DNA of 64,000 nucleotides from Macrostomum lignano (Eukaryota): NCBI GenBank assembly GCA_002269645.1, contig NIVC01002845.1, positions 1 to 64,000 of the forward strand, read 5' to 3'. Shown piece by piece: positions 55,113 to 64,000 of this stretch (position 1 is its first letter; each line of letters starts with the position of its first letter). The notes under the pieces were generated by a model. It saw only the letters and a program-made list of their open reading frames with translations, ran no database searches and was not told where the DNA came from. The position numbers and the translations under genes were made by a program.

Positions 55113-55401
55113 GTTAGCCGCGACCTTTCACCTGCGAATTCACTACGCTCACGCAGGCCCCTGACTTTCTATAATCGTCAGGCAGATTGAGCCTAATTGG
55201 GGTTGGACCTCATAGATATGATCGAATCCCAGGACAACCTTCTGGCCAACTGTTGTACACACAAGCCCCCCAAATGAATGTGGTTACCTCTGAGCTGTTC
55301 CGACCCTGTGCAAATTCCCTTCATGAGTACGGAGTAATGAATATGCTCGATCGTGAATGTGAAAACCTGACCAGCATCAACATCCGATATCATTCCCGCA
55401 G

Positions 55402-55465
55402 ACGCTGCCGCAAGTACAGGTTCACCGGCCGTAAACTGGTCTGCGTTTCCTACTTCAAAAACTAA
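55402..55465 (+). CDS. Precursor A, last exon (RRCRKYRFTGRKLVCVSYFKN*)
   Basis: Canonical acceptor cattcccgcag| in phase 2; same exon structure as precursor B. Confidence 0.78.
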
Positions 55466-56159
55466 ACCAACTATCACTAGTGCAGTTGAACTTTTACGAG
55501 TATTGACAGGAGCTGCTGACTGTGTTCTGAAATGCTTCAAGCTTCAATAAATATACAACACATGTACAATTGCGTTCAAGCATATGCAGCAGTTTTTGTG
55601 TAACAATATCCTGTCCGAAATTTGTTTTGAGTGCGACCATGCAGTAATAGGACTGTAATTACAAGTCACTAACGCAATTTTGTTAAAAAGAGACGATGTT
55701 TTTTTGCTAAAATGTATAATTTAAACCGTTTTGAGCAGATTGGCCTCATGAAAAAGCGAAACAATGAAATAACTATAAATACCCATGGGTTTCCTCTGCC
55801 TAGCAAGCGGCATCAGATAGCAGAGGAGCGCCATGGGGGCAGCAAAGCGTTCACCAAACGCTTAAAGATGGCTTGAAGAAGATAGCCTGGACTGAACAAG
55901 CCGCGGGTCGGCGTCCTTGATGTTGAGGACTCGGGGGGAAAAAGCGTTGATCAAATCATCGATTTCTGCTGGATTTTCCACGATAGCTTTCCCCATTCAT
56001 CTTTACATAGAGTTTGGCTGTTTGTGACTGTTGCCATGGCAACTTCTGGATAGAAATGAATACATAAAATACCTGCGGGTCTGAGCTGAAGCCAGCGAAT
56101 TTTTGGGACTGAAAGCCTCTGGGAATCTATGCTGATTAAGGACTGGAATTCACGTCGGA

Positions 56160-56175
56160 ATGTTCTGGCTAGCCG
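56160..56175 (+). CDS. Secreted PAN-like + ALK/LTK-type glycine-rich protein, exon 1
   Basis: ATG TTC TGG CTA GCC G|gtaagc joins exon 2 to give the signal peptide MFWLAVPLFLLLAESASQLLA. Confidence 0.7.
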
Positions 56176-56214
56176 GTAAGCAAATGCTGCTGATGTGCCT
56201 AACTTGTCTGTCTT

Positions 56215-56910
56215 TACCTGCTGACTGCCTGCTGAGTGCCTGCTGACTGCCTGCTGACTGCCTGTTGACTGCCTGTTGACTGCCTGCTGACTGCCTGTTG
56301 AGGGTCTGCTGAGTGCCTGTTGGATGCCTGCATGCAAGGACTTCTTGCAGATGTTCTTGCCTGCATGTTGACTACCTGGGAGGGCCTGCTGAGTGCCTGC
56401 TGAGTGCCTGCTGACCTGCTGACTACCTGCTGACTGCCTGCTGAGTGCCTGCTGACTACCTTCTGAGTGCCTGCTGACTACCTGCTGAGTGCCTGCTGAC
56501 TACCTTCTGAGTGCCTGCTGACTACCTTCTGAGTGCCTGCTGACTACCTTCTGAGTGCCTGCTGACTACCTTCTGAGTGCCTGCTGACTACCTTCTGAGT
56601 GCCTGCTGACTACCTGCTGAGTGCCTGCTGAGTGCCTGCTGAGTGCCTGTTGACTGCCTGCTGACTGCCTGCTGACTGCCTGCTGAGTGCCTGCTGACTG
56701 CCTGCTGAGTGCCTGCTGAGTGCCTGCTGACTGCCTGCTGAGTGCCTGCTGACTACCTGCTGAGTGCCTGCTGAGTGCCTGCTGAGTGCCTGCTGACTGC
56801 CTGCTGAGTGCCTGCTGACTACCTGCTGAGTGCCTGCTGAGTGCCTGCTGACTGCCTGCTGAGTGCCTGCTGAGTGCCTGCTGAGTGCCTGCTGAGTGCC
56901 TGCTGACTGC
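56215..56910. repeat. 11-bp intronic minisatellite (gagtgcctgct/gactgcctgct)
   Basis: About 60 copies in intron 56176-56954. Confidence 0.95.
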
Positions 56911-56954
56911 CTTGGCAACGAGCTCATCAATTCACTCTGCGCTACCGCCGCCAG

Positions 56955-57320
56955 TGCCGCTTTTTCTTCTCCTGGCCGAGTCCGCAAGCCAGCTGCTGGC
57001 AGCGGAAGCCCCAGAGCGGCTGTTCAAACTCTCCAAGCCAGTCCAGCTGGACAACTCAAGCAGCAACGAGCTGCTCAGCTTCTCAGAGCTCAACATGTCG
57101 CGCATTTACTGCGCCCATCGCTGCAGCCAGCTGTCCGGGTGCGTCGCCGCCGTCCTCAGCGGCAACCGCAGCCTCTGCCGGGTGCTGCGGCTGCTGCAGT
57201 CGCCTGGACCGGCCGGCAGTCACGTGACCAGGCAACTGGGAGCCGAGCCTGGCGATGAGCTGTGGCTGGCAGAAGATTTTGGAGAAAGGATTGAGCAGCT
57301 GCGAATGGCTGTCGAGCCAA
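56955..57320 (+). CDS. Secreted Gly-rich protein, exon 2 (signal peptide, PAN/apple-like Cys motif)
   Basis: gccgccag|...|gtgaga; SRIYCAHRCSQLSGCVAAVLSGNRSLCRVL (C-x3-C-x5-C...C). Confidence 0.72.
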
Positions 57321-57735
57321 GTGAGATTTTGTAAATTTTATAGACGCTCAGGTTTAAATCTCAGGTTTTATTGCGTTACATGATAAAAAATGTAACCATT
57401 GAGAACGATTTCTGAACCTACTTCTCTGGAGTTCTGAGAGCAACGGCCAATATGCTTAATCTGAGGTTGGGGAGGATGTGGAGAGCAGCTTGAGGGTGTG
57501 TGAGGGGGCAGAGCAGCAGCTCGATGGTCACAGCCATGAGGGCCAACCCACAAGGCACAGGGAGTGCACATGCCTTAAGATTAGAAAGTCAGGACCGCTG
57601 TACACCCTGCGTGAGTGTGTGTGTGAGCTGTGGCGCTCAGGACTTTGACTTCGTGTTGCAAATGATATGCGCTCTGTCTGTACACATTATACTACGGAAC
57701 TGACGCGAGTTAATTTTCATCGTCATCATTTTCAG

Positions 57736-57789
57736 CTGCCTCGAGCTCGCTTTTTACGGCGGTGAACGGCTCTGAAATCAAGTTCAATG
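57736..57789 (+). CDS. Secreted Gly-rich protein, exon 3 (54 nt)
   Basis: cattttcag|...aatg|gtgggt, phase 1-1; TASSSLFTAVNGSEIKFN. Confidence 0.7.
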
Positions 57790-58092
57790 GTGGGTAAAAC
57801 GGCTCTGAAATCAAGTGCAATGATGGGTAAAACAGCTCTGAAATCAAGTGCAATGGTGGGTAAAACGGCTCTGAAATCAAGTGCAATGGTGGGTAAAACA
57901 GCTCTGAAATCAAGTGCAATGGTGGGTAAAACGGCTCTGAAATCAAGTGCAATGGTGGGTAAAACGGCTCTGAAATCAAGTTCAATGGTGGGTAAAACAG
58001 CTCTGAAATCAAATGCAATGGTGGGTAAAACAGCTCTGAAATCAAGTGCAATGGTGGGTAAAACGGCTCTGAAATCAAGTGCAATGGTGGGT
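57765..58092 (+). repeat. 33-bp repeat made of the exon-3 end plus donor (aacggctctgaaatcaagtgcaatg|gtgggtaa), ~10 copies
   Basis: The first copy overlaps the exon; the array fills almost all of intron 57790-58117. Confidence 0.93.
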
Positions 58093-58117
58093 TGATGGTG
58101 ATAATTTTCACTTGCAG

Positions 58118-58429
58118 TGAGCGGCACCGGACGGAACGGCTCTGTCCAGCAGGCCGTGGTGACCGTCGCCGGCTGCTACCGGATCGAAGCGTTGGGCGCC
58201 AAGGGCGGCTCTTCAGGGGGCAAAGCAGCCAACAAAGGCGCCTGGATGGCCGGCAACTTCAGCCTCGCCGCGGGCACGCACCTGTCCATTGTGGTCGGGC
58301 AGAGCGGCCAACCCGGAGTTTCCAATGGCGGTGGGGCCGGGGGCGGCGGCTCCTTCGTTTATGGCACCGGCGACGGGTTTCTGTACCTGGCTGCTGGGGG
58401 CAGCGGCGGCTCGTCTTGTCCTTTCCTTT
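58118..58429 (+). CDS. Secreted Gly-rich protein, exon 4 (ALK/LTK-type glycine-rich domain)
   Basis: GCYRIEALGAKGG...GAWMAGNFSLAAGTHLSIVVGQSG...GGGGSFV...YLAAGGSGG, typical of this domain; donor |gtaagc. Confidence 0.88.
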
Positions 58430-58433
58430 GTAA

Positions 58434-58880
58434 GCTGCAGCACACATGCAGACTGCAGCACACATGCAGACTGCAGCACACATGCAGACTGCAGCACACA
58501 TGCAGACTGCAGCACACATGCAGACTGCAGCACACATGCAGACTGCAGCACACATGCAGACTGCAGCAAACATGTAGACTGCAGCACACATGCAGACTGC
58601 AGCACACATGCAGACTGCAGCACACATGCAGACTGCAGCACACATGCAGACTACAGCTCACATGCAGACTACAGCACACATGCAGACTGCAGCACACATG
58701 CAGACTGCAGCACACATGCAGACTGCAGCACACATGCAGACTGCAGCACACATGCAGACTGCAGCACACATGCAGACTGCAGCACACATGCAGACTGCAG
58801 CACACATGCAGACTGCAGCACACATGCAGACTGCAGCACACATGCAGACTGCAGCACACATGCAGACTGCAGCACGCACG
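58434..58880. repeat. 18-bp intronic minisatellite (ctgcagcacacatgcaga)
   Basis: About 25 copies starting 4 nt after the donor. Confidence 0.97.
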
Positions 58881-59047
58881 CAGACCACAACACCCAGCGT
58901 ACAAATGCGATAGCTTTCTCATTGTCAGACAAGTACACACGGTACTTTGAGAGCCATCCCTCTGGAGTTGAGCCTGAGTCCTTCTGGCTCGATTTTTACA
59001 CTCTGCCAAGACTCAGGCAACCATGATTGTCCCCTTCGCCCCTGCAG

Positions 59048-59517
59048 CCTATTCGGGACAAGCTGGAGAGAACGGCACCGGCACGCACCCCGACAAGAAC
59101 CCTCCGGGAGGCGTTCTCGGCCAGCCCGGGCCTTCGAACTCTGCTACCAGTGGCTACTACGGCGGCCCAGGTGCCGGCTGGCTGAGCGGCGCCAACTCGA
59201 CTCGACGTGAGGACAGGTGCGGCGAGGGCGGCGGCGGCCGCGCCGAAGGATGGGTCGGCGGCCGCGGCTACGCCGGCACCGACGGCGGCTTTGGTGGTGG
59301 CGGCGGCGGTGCCTTTGGCTTCAAAAGCAGCTGCGGTGCCGGCGGCGGAGGCGGTGGCTACAGCGGCGGAGCGGGGGCTGCGACCTACGAAAACACTGGC
59401 GGCGGCGGCGGCTCGTTCTGCGCCGGCAGTGGCTGCGTTGGCATCTCGAACGACGGGCGCAACGGCGAGGAGGGACTCGTGGCGATCCGGCAGCTGAGCA
59501 CCGGGAGCTGCGCCTGA
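59048..59517 (+). CDS. Secreted Gly-rich protein, last exon
   Basis: ccctgcag|; GPGAGW...GGFGGGGGG...GGGGGGYSGG...GGGGGSF...GLVAIRQL*. Joined CDS is 1218 nt (405 aa) with no TM or kinase domain. Confidence 0.88.
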
Positions 59518-60208
59518 AGCCGCGGCTGCATGCCAGACTGCTGGCCAGACACGCGAAGATTAATGAGCATAAACCCAACAAAGGTTATGTTAGTTAGCTT
59601 GTTTCTATCGTGCCCATTTTCATTTTTTAGGCGTTTTTTAAAGAGAAGACAACTCATAGAAAGAAAAAATAAACACCATGTCAGCCATAATGTGAAAAAT
59701 TTCTGAGATGTCAAGTCTCATGGGGGATTACTGAAATCCTGCGGCTGTTGGGGGGGGGAGATGCTGAGATGCCAAGAGTCAAGTGGAAGTTATTGGTTAG
59801 GGTTATGGTTAAGCCATGGCCTATAGAGCGGCTTTTGAAGCCAAAAGCTCACAGGGGATGCTGATGTCTTAGGCTAGACAGCTGGCTTTCGGTGATTGAT
59901 GCTTTTTTGCTTTAAACATCATTTTCCATGCATATCTCTCCATGACTCTTAGCATAGTAACAAATCTAGTGTACTACATGTACTAGAAGTAACTTTGAAG
60001 TAGTTATCTTCTTCAGAGAAATACACATTTCAAATTAGTTTATGTATATTTGTTATTTTAATATCTGAACAGCTAAGATGAACGTTGTCCATATTTTATT
60101 TGAAAAATAATTTCAGTGAGAAAACCAAGATAATAAATAATTATATAAGATAATATTTATTACTTATTTTAAGATAATAACAAACTTGTATGACAGAACC
60201 CGTCACTT

Positions 60209-60269
60209 CTAGCTGGAATACTTGGCGCAGTACAAGCCGTGCTTGCCAAACTTGTAGTGCAGGCACCTC
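60209..60269 (-). CDS. Secreted cationic-peptide precursor B, last exon (RRCLHYKFGKHGLYCAKYSS*)
   Basis: Acceptor gccgatttcag| in phase 2; GC3-rich codons; AT-rich 3' flank. Confidence 0.8.
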
Positions 60270-60356
60270 CTGAAATCGGCACACGGCAGTTGAAATTTAT
60301 ATTTATATTTTGATTGCTGTGTTATAAACAAGGAGAAGGGATAATTTTGGCCCTAC

Positions 60357-60450
60357 CTGTGCGGCCCAGAGACGAAGTGACCCTTGCGACCGGCGGCTCC
60401 AAAGCCGCGCTTGTCAATCAGGTCATCCAGCCAGTCGGGCGTGTCCTCGT
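60357..60450 (-). CDS. Precursor B, exon 2 (acidic pro-piece, KR site, start of mature peptide)
   Basis: ggttttgcag|(D)EDTPDWLDDLIDKRGFGAAGRKGHFVSGPH|gtaggg; phase 1 to phase 2. Confidence 0.8.
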
Positions 60451-60835
60451 CTGCAAAACCGCGGTTGAGACTTTCAAGTACATTCAATTTCGAATGCAGT
60501 TGTAGAGGAAAAAATTACTCTTGGGGCAGGGGGTCGGCAAACTGGGAGAGAAAAGAGATAGGAGAAAGGAGAGATGAGGGAAGGTGAAGAGACGAGACGA
60601 GACGAGAGGAGGAATGAAATCGATGAAGGGAGAGGAGAGCTGAGAAGAGACGCAAACTTTGAGCGGGCCGGATTGCTTTTGTGAAGGTTCATAAGGACCC
60701 CGAGGGCCGGATAGAGAGGCTTTGCGGGTCGCATGCGGCATTGAAGACCTGGAATTCGTTTCCAGGTGGAATCGTAAAAGAGGTCCTTAGCTTCAGCTTC
60801 CATTTGTTAGAGCTATCATTATGTCTCAGACTCAC

Positions 60836-60929
60836 CGTCGGAGCTCTCGGCATCGTCGTAAGCCGGAGCAGCGAGTGTGGCTGCTACCAGCGCCAGAAGC
60901 AGCAGACCGTAGAGTGGCAGTTTGCTCAT
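60836..60929 (-). CDS. Precursor B, exon 1 (signal peptide)
   Basis: caaaATG; MSKLPLYGLLLLALVAATLAAPAYDDAESSD; donor |gtgagt, phase 1; TATAAAAG on the minus strand at 61033-61026. Confidence 0.82.
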
Positions 60930-61945
60930 TTTGTGCGGAGTGCGTTGAAATTGTTAATCTGCCTTCAGCTTATAGAGCAGGTCTGAGAAGGGCCTCGCCT
61001 CATTTCTCAGCTAGAAACTGGAAGGCTTTTATATTTTATATATTTGAGTAGGGCAGAAATTAGCCTTGCCTCAGACACGTGAATAGAGAAGAGAGCTGCT
61101 ACGGCACGTGCTTCTGAAGGAGAGGCTGCTTGTTGTCAAGCCAAGTTCTCTTCTGTGTATTCAAGCTATTCGGCGTATTGTCAGCCTCTCTCCCTCATCA
61201 CCCATAGAGCCTTCATGCATAGACAATGGCTGGCCTGTCATAAGCAATTCTGCAGGCGACCAATGTGCTCAACCGAGTTTAGAATAATTATTAAACTCAC
61301 GCAGGGCCCGAACTCCATAGTCTCTGGTTGTTATTTTTTCATCTCGCTTCGATTGCGGCCCCCATCATTGTAGGGGGCTGCATCTCACCTGCAGAGTTTG
61401 CATTGAGGTGGCTGCTGCTTGAGCAGTGATCTTGTACAGAGCTATAACGATTGCTCCTTTTTTTAGCAGCAGAGTTTCGCATGAAGAAAACTGTTATGGC
61501 TCGCGATTCGTAAGTTATCGAATAGAATCAAGTAAAAGGGGCCTCCCGTCATTTTGTTGCTGAGTCATTCCCTGATTTATATGTACATTTAAATTAAAAA
61601 ACGTTCTATCATATTTGTACATGTGCTTCCAATTTGAAGCTTTATGGGCAGACAAACTAAAACGCAAAAATTGATTTAAAAAGCAAATCATTCTCTGATT
61701 TATTTTTTTAAAGTTTGGCTAAAATTGAATTTGAATTTTGGCTAAAATTTCGACTTTCATAGACATCCCTCGATTGTTGCAAGCCGGATGCCCTCCCATG
61801 CACTTTGTCTCCTAATCCTGTGGCATAGAGCTAGGAGACCACGGTGCATCACAGGTCCACCTTCTGCCCTACTTAAATAAGGCGCGGCACAAACTCCTGA
61901 CCTACATGTAACTGCAGGACATGCGTCCTACATGCAGTACTTAAA

Positions 61946-62100
61946 CAGTGATGGGCACCGCTAAATTTATTTTTAGCGCCGCTAATTAGCGCTGTCGTTA
62001 ACTGATAGAAGAAAAAAATTAGCGATCGCTGATAGCGGGCGCTATTTCTATTTTGAATTTAGCGCAATTAGCGCCGCTAATTTTGAAATGCGCTAATTAA
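61946..62100 (+). mobile_element. Probable DNA-transposon (hAT-like) terminus with subterminal repeats
   Basis: CAGTGATGGGCACCGCTAA followed by many short TAGCGC/GCGCTA motifs in both orientations; no partner end found. Confidence 0.35.
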
Positions 62101-63358
62101 TAAATATATTTAATATAAACGGAGCTGTTTGCCTTGAAAAACGTCAAGGGCCATTGCTACTGGGGCCATGGCCTTCTTATACTCAAGAAGGAAGGCGAGA
62201 TCATCAGAAACGGTGGTACGGCATTTCTAAACCCCCCATCACCCTGTTGATAGCCTGTCGCTTCGCATCATCGCTTAGAATATCAACTGAGTTGTTGAAC
62301 GTTGAATTCTTTGATTAAATGGTTAAATGAAATGAAATTAATCAATAACTTTTTTGCCAACGAATTAAAAGTAGTTTATAAACTTGATAAAGCCACGTTA
62401 AAGCGAGCGTTAAAGTGTCAACCCCAGCCTGTATATGGACATTCAATGTTATCCTGCCGAGTGCATTAATGTGGGCCATAGAGAGTGCGTGAATGCGGTT
62501 GCGGCCATAGACAAAAAAGAGACTGAATACGAGCTATATTATGACTGACAGGTGGTGTATACGACAATAACAAACGAAGCAATTATATAGAAAAAGAGTA
62601 GCACAATTGCGGCAGTGTGCGTAGCATAATTCCCTATAAAGAGTATATAGATAAAGCTATGTACCTGTAGTACTTATAAAAATGGCTGGCTGGCTGGCTG
62701 GAAGGCTAGATTGGCTATATTTTAAGGACATTGTGTTTAGCACAATTCCCAAATATTGCGCGACATACCAGCTAGATAGATAGCAAGCAGCAAGTAAAAA
62801 TTATCAATCTGCAATTGTACAGCTATTTCACTAGTTATAAATGCCATGCAACATTGAGCGCTAGAAATATTTTAATGCGCTTTGAACCCTTCAACCTGCA
62901 GCCATGTCCAACCAACCAGCCGACGAACTATAGCAGCTACTGCAAATATTAAAACCAACACTATACTACTAGTCTAATAAACGCTAGCAAAAATGTTATA
63001 ACAATGGGTGTAAGCAATAAAAAGGGATAGAACGCACAACAACGCGCGCAATATGAGGCGCAGATGCATTGTAATTATGAGATGAAAATATTGAAAAATA
63101 TTGGGGCCTACATACACATAAAGGAGAGATGAGACAGTTACATCTGACAAGAGCGACGTAAATCTTGTCTTAATTTTCTTTTGTGTCGTGTCTCCTATTT
63201 TTTCTTTTCGTCTATGATCTGGTCCCACATATTGTGACTTAAAAATTAGCCCCCATTTTGTGCCAGTTCTGGTCTGTATACATAGAGCGTTTCAATGGGT
63301 TCAATTTTATAATAATATTTTCTATAGTTTATGTTCAAAGTTATCAATCAATTAAGTT

Positions 63359-64000
63359 CTACGACCGCTGATGTCGAGCAACAACAAACCTCGACGATCT
63401 AGATGATGGCGATGGGGACATCTGCTCGATGCAGCTGGATGCCACGATTGCTGCCTGCCGACACCGCCGCGTCTGATCCGCATAGGTTGTCGGCTGCGAA
63501 AGCGAAAGAAACGTCGACGCTGCACCGCTTTCATCTGGCCTGTCAACAACAGTAGTAGCGAGCTGCTGATCATCGGCGGCGGCGGCGGCTTCATCCTCCG
63601 CCGAGCTAGACTTTTGTGGCAGCGGCCTTCGACGTCTACTACCGGGTGGTGGCTGCTGACGACGCTCAGATTGCTTTTGTTGTTGTTGTTGTTGTTGTTG
63701 TCTAGATACAGAACTGGCTTCAGCAGCAGCATCACCGGCGGCGGCGGCGGCACGTCCAGCCACCAAAGCAGCAATCGTCGCCTGCATATTGATCTTATTG
63801 GACAACATAGAGTCCGTGGCATAATGCCTAAACAGCATGGCCTCCGACGTCTCCATCAGGCTGGCTAGTGATCTTGTCAGCTCAGGATGACTGGCAGTCA
63901 AGATGGTCGTTTTGGAGCTGCGGAACACTGTCGGCCCTACGCCTCTGCGATTTAACAGGCGGGCAGCGTGCGATTCCACCGCGTGGCTGTATGTGCTGAC
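63359..64000 (-). CDS. C-terminal part of a tyrosine-recombinase (Crypton-like)-related protein, truncated by the window edge
   Basis: Frame open from 64000. VGPTVFRSSKTT...LASLMETSEAMLFRHY resembles the T-x-x-R...LM-x-H-S...HY catalytic tail of eukaryotic tyrosine recombinases; followed by a low-complexity tail. Confidence 0.45.
   Translation of the reverse strand, partial: VSTYSHAVESHAARLLNRRGVGPTVFRSSKTTILTASHPELTRSLASLMETSEAMLFRHYATDSMLSNKINMQATIAALVAGRAAAAAGDAAAEASSVSRQQQQQQQQKQSERRQQPPPGSRRRRPLPQKSSSAEDEAAAAADDQQLATTVVDRPDESGAASTFLSLSQPTTYADQTRRCRQAAIVASSCIEQMSPSPSSRSSRFVVARHQRS

Noticed and set aside
55187-55401. Upstream part of ORF 55187-55465 as coding sequence
   Set aside because: A better acceptor at 55401 gives the same intron position as paralogue B. 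An alternative acceptor at 55215 is phase-compatible, so it is not fully excluded.
60540-60810. Possible extra exons of precursor B (e.g. AEAKDLFYDSTWKRIP)
   Set aside because: Splice sites are weak, and the direct exon 1 to exon 2 join is already in phase; cDNA is needed to exclude an optional exon.

Overview
Eukaryotic (metazoan) genomic DNA. GC3-rich, poly-Q/poly-A exons, spliceosomal introns and abundant minisatellites suggest a free-living flatworm such as Macrostomum (inference from composition only). Gene models rebuilt by hand from splice signals and reading phase, in order: a basonuclin/disco-family C2H2 factor (+, 4 coding exons, 5926-14066); a single-coding-exon protein with a stonustoxin-like pore-forming region, FN3 and a septin/AIG1-like GTPase (-, 21411-25031); an MBD5/6-like gene (-, 30146-36605); DDX41/abstrakt (+, 47709-52543); and three secreted-protein genes. 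The secreted trio is a PAN-like plus ALK/LTK-type glycine-rich protein (56160-59517), flanked by two paralogous precursors of a cationic one-disulfide peptide (54124-55465 +, 60209-60929 -) that are not visible as complete ORFs in the ORF track. A tyrosine-recombinase-like ORF runs off the right edge. Mobile DNA: Tc1 derivatives, a MITE, a 5'-truncated LINE with an intact RT frame, and a full-length but decayed MULE. About 20 tandem arrays cover roughly a fifth to a quarter of the window, and 11 of the 13 introns in the four larger spliced genes carry their own array. Best candidates for new biology: the cationic peptide family (candidate antimicrobial peptides), the pore-former/GTPase fusion, and intron growth by amplification of exon-donor junctions.
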